DNA of 55,156 nucleotides, filler included, from Circinaria calcarea (Eukaryota): NCBI GenBank assembly GCA_051942165.1. It is 5 parts of 5 records of this genome, joined end to end, with 100 filler letters (N's around TTAATTAATTAA, not from the genome) between each part and the next. Parts side by side here need not be neighbours in the genome. Positions count along the whole stretch, not along the records: positions 11,061 to 22,019 come from JAVECS010000735.1; positions 22,120 to 33,069 come from JAVECS010000736.1; 3 more parts are not named here. One strand, 5' to 3'. Shown piece by piece: positions 14,954 to 26,091 of this stretch (position 1 is its first letter; each line of letters starts with the position of its first letter). The notes under the pieces were generated by a model. It saw only the letters and a program-made list of their open reading frames with translations, ran no database searches and was not told where the DNA came from. The position numbers and the translations under genes were made by a program.

Positions 14954-17900
14954 TCAGCTATCGATCTTATACAATGAGCTTTGAAGTTCGACGTCTCAAC
15001 CACTTACCTTTTCTCTCATCATGCCTAACCACTGTTTAAGACTCGCGCCTTGGTCTGCTCTATCCTCGACCAGCATCGTCTGTGCCCACAACCGGAGGCC
15101 GGGTTCTCCATCTTCAAATACCACATATAGATGAGGGACTACTATACTCCCAACCCCCCTTGATCGATGGTCCCGGCTCTTTTCCACTACTGCTCGTATC
15201 CGCTCATTAAAATCGTTCTCTAAGATCGGCAACGTATGTTTACCAACTTTGACCTGCCGTTTATCTGGGATTCCAAAGACGTCATTGATAAGCTGTGGGA
15301 CTGCCTCTCGACCAACCCAGAGGAACTGGGTCTGGCCATCGTCAATGAGATAAAGGCCATAAGGAACCAAGCTACCGGATATGGCGCTGATAGGTGGAGG
15401 CATCACGATCTCGCCTGTCGCCTCGTCTGCTATACCTGCGTTGTCGGGCATATCGTGCAGCGAATACACCCTTGGGTATATATATTGGAGTAGTAACGGA
15501 AGGGGAAGTGTTGAAAGTAAACATAAAGCTGCCGACCGCATATCACTGGGTATTTGTGCGGATTTTCGTATGCCAATCTAATCAATTTAGTCATCAATCG
15601 TGCGAGTATATTCTAATGACCTAGAACTCACATTCTTGATCAACCCAAGAAAGAGAACTGGAAGGCACCTAAGATTAGCCGGGAACTGAAGACCACCGCC
15701 TCCCATATTGCCACCAGCAAGTTCTTTCCGGTATGTCTGCATAATCTCGACAAGCTTGGTTTGAAGTGCGTCCCGAGCAGGCTCCAAGCCACTTCCCAAG
15801 GCCCGCTCCACAGCTTTGTGGCTGAAAAAAGCGGTGATAGCGCCTTGATCAGCAGAAGCATACACATCGGCCAATGTCTGCGTCGTCGGTAGCGCCAATG
15901 TCATGACTCTGATGCGTCTTTCGCCATTACAGGTAGTGTGTAGTACTGCAGCCTGCAAGCAAACCACACCTTTTGTGAGAGATTCGTCGATGGCAACCTC
16001 CACAACATAGCTTTGGTCACGAGGAAAGGCAGGAAAAGCACAAAGGTCGGAGCTGCGGTTGAAAAAGTTGCCGTAGAAGGTACTCATACGCAGGCCGGAT
16101 GTAGCCCTGACACGCAGCACCGCCTCTAGTGCAATCTCCGCCGACAGGTAATCCGAAAATTCCCTAGCAAATTTGATGGCGTCTTCACTCCGTGCTGCGT
16201 TCCAACCTGGATAGAAATAAGTTTGACCACCAGTGTATCTTGGCAGGTTACTCAGTGACGCCACATCTTGATACGATGAAGAAAAGAGGAACATATCTAT
16301 CGAGACCTGGTTTTTCGAACATTCGACGGCGAAGCTTTTGTAGAAGCTATTAGCTGTCTGCAGTAGACTACTTTCCTTGCTCGTCCCCAGGACCTTCTTA
16401 TCTTCCCTCATTTCTAATTTTCCATGGCCAACGTTGGGAAGTGATGCAGTTAGAACCGTGATCTTTCCGCCAATAGATGAAATCAGCTTGTGACCTGCTC
16501 TCAAAGCAGAGCCTAGGCACGAGCCACCGTTTTGCGTATTTTGAAACATCTCTTGTAATTTGCCCAAAAAGGTCTCGATGTTCTCACGGCATTCTGTTAA
16601 GGTTACCAGAAGATCCCCGGGAGTAGGCAAGAAAGGCTCTTCCAGATCACTGACGACAAGCATACTAGGCTCGACAACATCAGAATTATCTCTTGGGATG
16701 GAGAAATAGTGTAGGCTAGAGTCGACAGCCATAAAACCCACTCTAGTCCTGCGATCTGCATTCGGTATTCGATCTAAGCTTTCCAGAATGCATCGAGCAC
16801 TCGTCGCGAGTAGTCCGCAAGTGACAGCGGCATAGCTCACATCAAACAAAAACAAGTAAACCAATGGCTGAGGCGGACGAACCATATATTCTTGAGGAGC
16901 GATGAACTCTGTTACAGCGTAGTTTAGTTCAGGCCTTTGCCAACGATCCACCGACTTTTGTGACGCAGCGTCCCAATCGAATGCTTGCGGTACTTCGTTT
17001 GTAAGATTGCACATGTTGCAGCGCCACCTATGGCCCTGGTCGAGGAATGTAGCGAATGGGTTGATATATGTTCGACATCGTCGACACCTCGCAATTACTT
17101 GATCAGGGACCACAGGTACTGGGTCTTCCACGTCATGAAGAGAGCTGTACGGCTGGATGACCAATGCGAAGGGTAAACGTGATTTTTTAAGCAGAGAATG
17201 GGTCGTTGGAACGGCGTTCAACGTAGATCGAATGTATTTCGGGGGACAGTTTGCATTAGGAGAGGGAGTTACACTCGTCTAAAGTAATTTAGTAGATGCC
17301 TTCTGAGAACAATGCTAAACCAGATTACTCACATTCGCAGGTAAGACTATCGCGGGTGGAGGTATATCTAACTCAGAGACCATGAATGGCTGATTGAGTA
17401 AATCTGTTGGGTATAGCTGATTCAAGTGCGGCCTCTGCGGTATAGGCTGCTGTGGAAGAGGAGCTTGTCCGCCGATGCCCATGTTGCTCATGCCTTGAGT
17501 AATCCCTCCAACCCCTCCGCCCAAGGCAGACGTAGCCCCATGAGCTGGATAAGAAGGGTCCGGCGGCTGGTATCCGCCCACTGCGGGAGGCGCCTGTCCA
17601 TAACTGGCCGGCCTCACGGGCGCAGGTATGCCATAGTTATCAGCACCATAAGCTGGTTGTTGTAGACCTGGCTGCTGTGGTTGCGATCCATAACCTCCAT
17701 ATCCAGCTCCTGGCACCTCAGAAAACGATCCGCCAGGGTGCGGCTGTCCGCCCAACGCTGCATTTCCTCCTTGCCCAAAGTCATACGCCTGGCCAGCGTA
17801 TTGACGTTTCCTTCTCCCTGTTCCAGATGGCGCCGGCACTTCCCCTTGTGTCGGAGGTGCCTCAGCTTCATATCTTGGTTGAGCACCATTCTCATGTTGC

Positions 17901-17974
17901 TCTCCTGAGTCTTGCGAGTACTGGTCGTGATTCGGATAACCTTGCACCGGGTACCCAGGCTGCGGTTGAGCCAT
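14954..17974 (-). CDS. SEC24: COPII coat subunit Sec24 (ends at 14996 if the last short intron 15007-14966 is not used)
   Basis: Pro/Gln/Gly-rich N-terminus; zinc finger [18 protein letters not shown]; trunk [38 protein letters not shown]; gelsolin-like [14 protein letters not shown]. Confidence 0.96.
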
Positions 17975-18632
17975 TGTTTCCTACTATGTTTCTCACGCAG
18001 TGTTGTCGAGTATTTCGAGGTGAAGGCGATGTATCGAGATTTAGTTGAAGGATTAGGATGAAGCCACTTGTTAACCAACCTTAAGATCGAGGGTTCGCAA
18101 GGGAGGCTTGTAGGAGGTGGGTTAGTGTTGAATATCAGGGGCTCCTTTCTATTGGCATCTTTTCATTATTTTTAGACTTTCACGACCAGCAAAATCGTTA
18201 CGCTGAAGATACATCAGGGAATGGTTCGATGCTTAGGAACGTCTTACCCTGCAAAAGTAGGTACGTAGTGGCACCCATTGCTTAGCGAGCATAACCTTTG
18301 CAGACGCTAAAAGTTGGATGGATTTTTTATCCCGAAGTGTCCACGATTCATTAAACACTCTCTGGCATCATTCCAACCTCTTTTCTATTTCTCGTGTATT
18401 ATTAAGAGTAACTAAATATCAAGAAAACTGTAAGTCTATCTCATACGGTCATACTGCTGCGGATAGGTAACTTTTCAAGCGTTATGCAAAATAAAATAAC
18501 ATATTCCCTTTATCTTGTATCATGAGAAACTATTCTAAACAGATCCCTTCTCCCTCTAGCTTCGGCATACTTTTTGTCGCCCAACTCCATTCTTGAGCAT
18601 CTTACACTCGTGGGTTCACATGAAGCTCCGAG

Positions 18633-19577
18633 TCACGCAGCGGTGGTGTCACTAGTGACTGTTTCAGCGTGGCTCCCCTTTCTCTCTCTTCGGGGAGAAG
18701 ACTTACGTATGTGTCCGTTTTCTTGACCGTCTGATGTGATCATCGAAACACTCGAGCTCTGCTTAGGTTGTATGTCTGCTTTTGGAAGCTCAGGAATTGT
18801 GAGGCCAGCTGCTAGGTAGAGTATAACCACCACGAATTCTTCTATCACGGATAGGAACCATTGAACGAGGACATTGCCATTGATGGGGTTGAAGATTGAG
18901 GAATTGACGTCGAAGTTTGCCAGGATGGAGTATATCAGAAGGACCGAGAAGAATGGGATACTAACGGCAACAGCGATGAGGAGTCGCAATTCGCCATTTG
19001 ATATGGCTTTGGTATTGAAGAAACTATACACCGTGATGATAACTTGGACAGAGAACATGACGATGTATATTATGATAATCGCATCACGGGTTTGGCTCCG
19101 ATCATTGTTTCCTGCACTCTCGTTGCTTGCACTCGACGAGAATTGTTGCACAATAGCGAGAATTGCCGCTACTGTTGCCGGAATGATCAAGATACGAAAT
19201 ATCTTCGGAGGGATTTGACGACCGTTGCCAATGCCGCTATGACTACATATATGCTTGTTAGTACATGTACACTCAAAGGTGACGGTCCTCCTGCAGCCTT
19301 ACACTCTTGATAGCATTCCCAACATTGCTAAAATCAGCGGCGACAGTCCAATCCTCGACAAGATCTCTGACGCGTCGATAACGCCGGTGCTCGGCTTGTT
19401 TTGCGCGACCAATTGGCAAATCGACCCGATTATTCGGACGAGAGAGAGTAGGACCAGGAAGTACCATCCGGCTTGATGATCGAATCCATGCCTGGATGCC
19501 ACCCGCCAAGCCACGAATAAGGCTGGAGTATAGAAAATGAGTTCTGCAATGGCAAGTCCTCCTCGAGCATTGAGCAT
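18633..19577 (-). CDS. Multi-pass integral membrane protein (RTA1-like/DUF7702-like), 2 exons, intron ~19302-19243
   Basis: MLNARGGLAIAELIFY..RHGF..GWYFLVLLSLVRIIG; about seven hydrophobic segments across ORFs 19299..19640 and 18633..19190. Confidence 0.7.
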
Positions 19578-20411
19578 ATTGATGGTGATAATGAAAGCTC
19601 TTGATGAGACCACCTGGTTAAAAGGATTTGGGGCAGTCACGTATCAACAAAGATTGCGCTGAAGTCGCAATGAATGTGTCTTTTTAGAACGGCGGAGCCA
19701 TCAGTATATATCCTACGTACACTCAGCTATCGTAACCACACCCCAATACCATCATGACTGATCAGACCCGTCTTCAGCCACCCTTCTGACATTGAACGGG
19801 GGGCTCAGTGAGGATTTTGGGACTAACCAGATACATCACCTTGTTGCGAGATGTCCAGGGCTGGATACCCGTTTAGAGGTCCAATCGCAACTTTCCGTTG
19901 CTTTGCCGCATTTTCTTTCAGAGAGCTCATGCGTCGTAGGGCTGTCCTATGTGCAGTAGCTCCAGTTACCTCGCAACGCTAGCCTCTTATGGAAACTGTT
20001 TAATGCGTATCATCACTGTCAGCGTATTCAGTTTAATCGGAGTTGATCCTCAGCAGCACGCATGCACGGATACTAAACGAGGCCGAGGTGCAAAAGTTGT
20101 TGCTGATGGAAGACATCGGGGATGCTTTGTTCTTACTACCTCTACAACGAGTTTATTGAACAGGACTTCTATACGTCTAGTTCTATGTTATTCGGCGAGC
20201 CATGATTCCTATGTGAGGGGGTCCTCCACTACCATATCAATTCTTTCAGTAACGACTTCTGCTCACCCGCCTCGAAACTGCGCGTCGAACCTTGCGTATT
20301 CGGGAAGCCGCCCCAAATTCCAAGTTATGTGGACATTTGACATGTGACCCTTATAAGGCTTTGGTACGAGAGCTAAACGTCAATATGCATTTCGATACGT
20401 ACATGACACAG

Positions 20412-22019
20412 CTATTCAGACTGCTCTTCGTTGGAGATATACGAAAAGGAGTCTTTTGTCCCATTCCGGATTATATCCAAGGCTTCCTCTCCTTTTGGTG
20501 CAGTGGTCAGGTTCTCATATCCGTCCGCAGTGATAAGGATATCATCTTCTATCCTTGCGCCACCAACCGGCCAATACCTGTCGAGGATCTCTCTGTTAAT
20601 GAACTTGGAGTGAATGGGTGAAGAGAGGTAGGCCCTCTCAAGCTCATAACGCGAGAAATATATGCCTGGCTCAATGGTGATGACCATACCCTCCTCTAGC
20701 TCCGGCTGATCCAAATTACATGGCGATGTAGCAGCGTCAAGCACCGGGCACCACTCTCCGACATATTTTAGGACCGGTAGTCCAAGAACGTCGTGCACTT
20801 CTAGTCCTAAGTGATGACCTAGGCCGTGCGGGTAGAAGCCTTTGCTGGTGCCCATTTCGTAAATTTCCTCTGGGCTGGCATTGTGAAAGATCCCAAGTCT
20901 CAAAAGCCCATCGATTGCAATCCGATGCGCAAGGATATGGAGGTCCAGCATTCTCACTCCTGGCTTTAGCTTCGAGATGCAAGATTCTTGCATTAGTTGC
21001 ACAATCTCATAGATGTCTTTCGCTTCCTGACTAGGCCAGGATCCAGATATCGGAAATGTTCTGGTAACATCACTCGCATAACACTCGACCTCAGCTCCAG
21101 CATCCAGGCATACGAGTTGCTTGCCCTTAAGAGATTCGTCATTCTTCACGTAGTGCAGTGTTCCAGCGTTCTCTCCACTTCCAGCTATAATTGAATAAGC
21201 TTGTTTGGCCTTCCGGGAGATACATGCATCGGTGAAGATTCCTTCAATTTGTGCTTCATTCTTGAAGTGGCGAATATTCTTCAGCACAGTGCGGTGGGCG
21301 ATATCAGAGACTTCGTTCGCCCTTCGGATGAGACCAATCTCATGTGAGTCTTTGATTACGCGGCACGCATCAATAGCTGACAGTAGCACTTTACTGTCAA
21401 CATCAGAGAAGTCCCCGTCAGGTCGATGATCTCTATGTAGAATATAGAACGTAGACCTGGGATTCCGCCGCTTCCAATAGTCGAGATCGGGAAAAAGCTG
21501 GCTATTTAGGCGTACTGAGTCGACATCATACCTTCGGACCGCAATTAGCTATGGTGAGTTGAAAAGGTTGGGGGCAGTTTCAAAATACTGGTCCTCAGCC
21601 TCGCCGATGGTAGGTCCACGCCCATTCCAGACTACTCTTTCGGGCTTGATCTCCGGTATATAAAGTACTAGCTGATCATGCTTCAAGTCATACGTCAGAC
21701 AACAATTTGGCACGTCAACGCCGCTATGTATACCGACTGTATCAGTTCTGCTTCTCCACAAAAGGAAGTAAGAATTCCAAGGAGGCTGTTCTACCTGCAG
21801 TAGTAGAAGTAGCGCCTCTGTCGCCATGTCTTTGGCTGATCGGAGTCTTCAATGGTAAACCCATACTGGCCCAGTAAGTAGATGAGTCCATCGGATTTTC
21901 CAAGCTTGCGAGCTACCGCTTGAGCGTGCTGCTTAGCTATAAGTCTGTCAGGGGACCACAGTGCCAAAGCTCGAAAGTAGCAGGATGCAGACCTGGGTAT
22001 TTGTTTATACCCGAAGCTT
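20412..22019 (-). CDS. Xaa-Pro aminopeptidase/prolidase (M24B), 5' end cut off by contig end
   Basis: [16 protein letters not shown], metal-ligand motifs [53 protein letters not shown]. Confidence 0.93.
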
Positions 22020-22119
22020 NNNNNNNNNNNNNNNNNNNNNNNNNNNNNNNNNNNNNNNNNNNNTTAATTAATTAANNNNNNNNNNNNNNNNNNNNNNNNN
22101 NNNNNNNNNNNNNNNNNNN
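22020..22119. other. Artificial contig linker
   Basis: N44-TTAATTAATTAA-N44. Confidence 0.98.
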
Positions 22120-22854
22120 GATCTTACGATAAGGGTCGGTAAATTGTGTGATAATGAGCTCAATAGGTTCGCGTAAGCGTATGAATTATTGCTAAAGAGT
22201 TCCGGTGTAACGCTTCGCGAAGAAAACCTTTCTCGCTAAGCTAACACCTCGTGACCTCGGTTATAGTTCACCCGTAGGGTTCGTAGGGGTTCTCGGGTAG
22301 AGCCCTTACACCTGGGAGCACCCGGGAGCCCTCGGCTCCTGGTTTCCCTATTCCGGCCTGCCAGGGTATGGCGTCACGCCATAACAAGAAAATAATTCAC
22401 GATCTTGTAAGTTATGTTTATATAAGCTCGTTTTTCAACCAGTAGAAATTATTATTTTTATTAATTTTATTATCTATATTGGTAGGAACTATCTGAAACT
22501 TGTAGATTTGCTAGAATACATTGCACTCTAGAAAATATTCAAGGTTTATTAATTATAACTAGTGGATGTGGATCAAATAAATAATTCGTTGATTTTCGAG
22601 ATTCTTTTTCGAGGCCCCTGTAAGGGTGCTAGGATAGGCTAGACTTATATCTCCGTGGTGCATGATTACCTGGAACGTAATGGGTATTAATTATTATTCC
22701 AGTTATTGGTGTTTATAAGCATGTAGTTCTAAAGAGCGGGAATAGCCTGTCTACATAATAGGTTGCTCACGCTGCTTAACTTTATGAGCAGACTGAGCAA
22801 GGTTGTTCCGTTTCGGAACTAATCCTCCCTTAGTATGGCACTGACGCCATAACC
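22120..22854. mobile_element. Degenerate LTR-like relics (possible solo LTR 22619-22854)
   Basis: No credible ORF; AT-rich stretch; LTR-terminus-like words TGTAAGGG (22619) and its reverse complement CCCTTACA (22303-22310); TATGGC-N5/6-GCCATAAC twice (~22368-22385, ~22834-22853). No target-site duplication found. Confidence 0.4.
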
Positions 22855-23064
22855 CCGGGAATCCAAGAAGTGGTGTTCGTTTTGGAACAGGATTTTACAT
22901 ATGGAGGTATCGTCATCTCTTCGATTGCCGAGGCGAAAGATTGGTCGCCCTGTGGAAACAATTCTATCAAAGCAATCCTAAGAAGTCGAATGGTTCTGCA
23001 TCTGAAAACTTGAGTTACCTTTGTTTACGAATAATCGGGCAAGCATTGGAGTGCCCCGAACAGC

Positions 23065-23640
23065 ATGGACAGTGCCCGTCCAAACAACCCGTTGAATGAT
23101 CAGGTAAAAAGGATCAACCTTCTCCTCCACTCTTTCCTTTCCTCGCACTTGCCAACTGAGATTGTCATCAACATCCTCGATCTGTCCGAACAATGGCTGT
23201 TGGGCTACTCAGCTTCCCTCCACAATGGTGGGCGTGTCAAGATTATTTCGAACAGCGAAGTCGTCCTGGTTGCTACTCCGCACTTCTCACGGCAGGACAT
23301 CACCCATCTCCGCAAAGTGACATTTGACTTTCGCAGCAAAGACCAGGGTTGGTGTTCGCGTCAAGACGCTGGCAACTGGACCTGGTTCGACGCGGCTCTG
23401 TGCGACGACGTCGATGCCGCGGATCGACCGCAGAAGTATCACTTGCAGCATAATGAACAGGCTGGAAAGGAGATGAAAGACTACCGTGTCGAACTCAAAA
23501 AGGCCGAGCATCATGAGCTCTTCACGGATTTGAGGGCTGGGGATCGGATTGCCCTGATGGGATGTGCTGCATTCCCCGGCTGGGTGAACTACGTTGAATC
23601 GGCAAGTCTGCAGCTATGGATGGTGGACAATCTGTCTTGA
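23065..23640 (+). CDS. Intronless 191-aa protein of an uncharacterised fungal family, degenerate F-box-like N-terminus
   Basis: LPTEIVINILD; SKDQGW..WTWFDA; LQHNEQA; LRAGDRI..AAFPGWVNYV. Confidence 0.75.
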   Translation: MDSARPNNPLNDQVKRINLLLHSFLSSHLPTEIVINILDLSEQWLLGYSASLHNGGRVKIISNSEVVLVATPHFSRQDITHLRKVTFDFRSKDQGWCSRQDAGNWTWFDAALCDDVDAADRPQKYHLQHNEQAGKEMKDYRVELKKAEHHELFTDLRAGDRIALMGCAAFPGWVNYVESASLQLWMVDNLS

Positions 23641-23650
23641 ATATCTGTTC

Positions 23651-23740
23651 CAGGAATACAAGACAGAGGTAAGAGCAGCTCTTAAAGAAGAGTTAATAGC
23701 TAACGCTCATTTAGTAATCCGAATTAGCTACCTAACGAGC
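23651..23740 (+). repeat. Dispersed repeat copy 1 (copy 2 at ~28535-28606)
   Basis: 23662-23693 matches 28547-28578 at 29 of 32 positions, with weaker flanking similarity. Confidence 0.8.
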
Positions 23741-24286
23741 TAAACTGCTAGAGCTATCTCCAAACCAAAACTCGCCTATTGCAAGGAGTCCTGGAATATG
23801 GACTATTATTGGCGAGGTGATTGAGCCTGGGTTTGAATCAAACATGGGTGGGATCGAAAAGTATGCTAGTATCAGCTAATCCATAAGTACAAATCATGAA
23901 TTGTGGATCCATGTCTTGAAATGAAAAAGCCTATTACAGTTCAACCGTATTTTATTGGGCTTGCTGAGACGGTACGAAACCTTTTTAATATTTTAAATAG
24001 CACTTGAACAAGGGTGAGCGTTCTAACTCCAGTCTAATAAACAAACATGCATGCTGCTCCAAGCCCTCAAGAATATAATCGACCTGCAATTCCTAAGCAA
24101 TGAATGAAATTCTAACGCGGCACATGTATAAAAAATCACCAAAAATCCTTAACAAGAGACTGTGTTCCAGAACGCACTGAATCGCTGCGACAAACTTTAA
24201 GACCTCGGATCACTCCCGCCATATTCCCATAGTCCCGACAACAAATCCGGAAAAGCAGCACGAGTAGTTGACGCGCTCTCTCTCAT

Positions 24287-24739
24287 TCAGCAAGTGCAAG
24301 CCTGCTTACACCCAACCGTATATTTACCGCACTCCAGTTTCCCCTTGCCTTTACATTTGCACTCTTTCTTACACAATTTGACGGTTTTTGCCTTGTTCTC
24401 GGCGCTGGTCATTCCTCCGGCCATGTTGTCGACTGAACATTTAAGATTTACCATCGTCGAGATGGTATTGCCCGGATAGGCCTCGCGGGCAAAGACCCTT
24501 TCGTAGTCGGCTTCTGGGTAGGCGTCCCGCTCGTAGAAGTCGGCTTCTGGGTAGGCGTCTCGCTCATAGATGTCGGCTTCTGGGTAGGCGTCCCGCTCAT
24601 AGATGTCGGCTTCGGCGGCACGGGCGAAGATGTCTTCGAGGTAAGCTGGGTATGCGTTACGGGCATAGACGTTCCGGTCGGCGATGGAGCTGGATGTGAA
24701 GGAGAGGATGGAGACAATGAGGGCATTGGAGAGCTTCAT
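24287..24739 (-). CDS. Secreted prepropeptide: signal peptide, acidic tandem-repeat pro-region, 61-aa 8-Cys cationic C-terminal peptide
   Basis: MKLSNALIVSILSFTSSSIA; repeats ERDAYPEADIY/FY; C-terminus with 8 Cys and 12 Lys; synonymous variation among DNA repeats (CGG/CGA, TAT/TAC) supports coding. Confidence 0.88.
   Translation of the reverse strand: MKLSNALIVSILSFTSSSIADRNVYARNAYPAYLEDIFARAAEADIYERDAYPEADIYERDAYPEADFYERDAYPEADYERVFAREAYPGNTISTMVNLKCSVDNMAGGMTSAENKAKTVKLCKKECKCKGKGKLECGKYTVGCKQACTC
24506..24613. repeat. 33-bp coding tandem repeat, ~3.3 copies
   Basis: GTCGGCTTC recurs at 24506, 24539, 24572, 24605. Confidence 0.95.
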
Positions 24740-24896
24740 GGCGAGGGAGTTTGAAAAGTTGAAATACTCGGGGGGAAGTATTTGAGATGTGGAGGAGAAG
24801 TTTACTCGTCAAGTTATTGTGTGTAGATTGAGCAGATGAAGTTGTTGCTGAAGTAGAGTATGGTGATATAGATTTCAAAGAGATATCTAGCTGCTC

Positions 24897-24906
24897 TTTA
24901 TATATA
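24897..24906 (-). promoter_or_regulatory. Probable TATA box of the prepropeptide gene
   Basis: TATATATAAA on the minus strand ~160 bp upstream of the ATG at 24739. Confidence 0.55.
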
Positions 24907-25321
24907 CCTTAGGGCCCACAGAAGGGGGCTATTCACCTGCCACACCTCCTCCAAGCTGACTTGCCTGAAACTGATTGTACCACCGACGAATCGTTCATTA
25001 AATCCAACATTCTGCTATAACTAGTATACTTGGGTCAGTTGGGATAAGGATTGAACAACTGACGGCAGGATCAAATCTCCAGCGTTGAGATTGGACCACT
25101 CTTTGGTTTCTCCTATTTCGCATTAGTGGTGAGGATGTAAAGCGTTTAGGTCTTGGTTCTAGGCTAAAGTCTCACCGATCTCTGGGCATTGCCGATTCCT
25201 CAAGGATGGGACGCTAAGGGCTAAGTCTTGCCCGGGCAGCAGCGGAGAAAATTTCTGCTTGCCCGACTCCCAAAGGGTGACGCCGAGGTGCCCACTAATG
25301 GATCTGGGCTTGCAACGCCGC

Positions 25322-25768
25322 CAGCTGAAGATCAACACTTTGAGTAGAGGGAATATTTTCGGAGGTCTCCAACAACTACAGAATAATAGACAGCACGGGC
25401 TAGAATCCTTTGTGGCATTTGGGAGCCTTTATACAACGCCTCTTTTATTACTGATGGGCTATGGTACACTTAGTAATAGAAACATAGTTTTAATACAGCT
25501 GATAGTTCTCGCTTAGGAGCATGATCTTTCACAGGACCACTATTCTTGTCTCCATGCTGTGTTATGGCAAAGACTCGGGAAAAGTATTAAAAGACTGTTG
25601 AGAAATCAGGTAAATACCTTTTTGTTTAATCCTGTATGATACGTGCATTAGTGAAGGATTCTAGCCCGTATTGCCTATACTCTGTACTAATAAATCCGAG
25701 CTTACAACATCGTCAGGTGAACATCCACACTTCAGCAGAAAGCATATTTTTGGAGGTGTCCAACAACT
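25322..25768 (+). repeat. Diverged ~56-bp direct repeat pair (25322-25377, 25714-25768)
   Basis: Manual alignment gives 45/56 identities; shared core ATATTTTYGGAGGTSTCCAACAACT. Confidence 0.8.
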
Positions 25769-26091
25769 TAATAAGCGTCCAGTGAAATTACTTGTACGCC
25801 GTGTTGGAATTGGTAGTGGCAAGAAATCCAACCGAAAACTAATGGCGGCTGAGGTTGGCATACCAGTAAGTGATCCTGCACAATCCTGCACAATCCTGCG
25901 TAAGCCCCCGGCCGCTTACCACGTGCCAAATCCCTATGGCTTAGGGGGCGGGGGAAGGTCGATCGATGAGAAGACATCTCACCATTCCAATTTCTTGTTT
26001 TTTGTTATTTTTCATCCGTTCTCATGTGCATTGAAGATAGATCTTTTGTAGCTAACAATCGTCTCGCACCATCATCTATCGCACGCCAGTC

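Noticed and set aside
24506..24613. CRISPR-like array
   Set aside because: Contiguous 33-bp coding repeats with no unique spacers, in a eukaryote.
24448..24726. Alternative-frame mucin-like ORF (PTQKPTSMS repeats)
   Set aside because: By-product of the 33-bp repeat; no ATG start or signal peptide.
20412..24739. Xaa-Pro peptidase near the X-P/X-A-rich precursor as a dedicated maturation enzyme
   Set aside because: Separated by an artificial linker between size-sorted contigs; M24B enzymes are also typically cytosolic and are not dipeptidyl peptidases.
25259..26051. ORFs sharing IFGG(L/V)QQL as a paralogous gene pair
   Set aside because: Similarity is confined to the 56-bp DNA repeat, which includes an indel; TTG starts.
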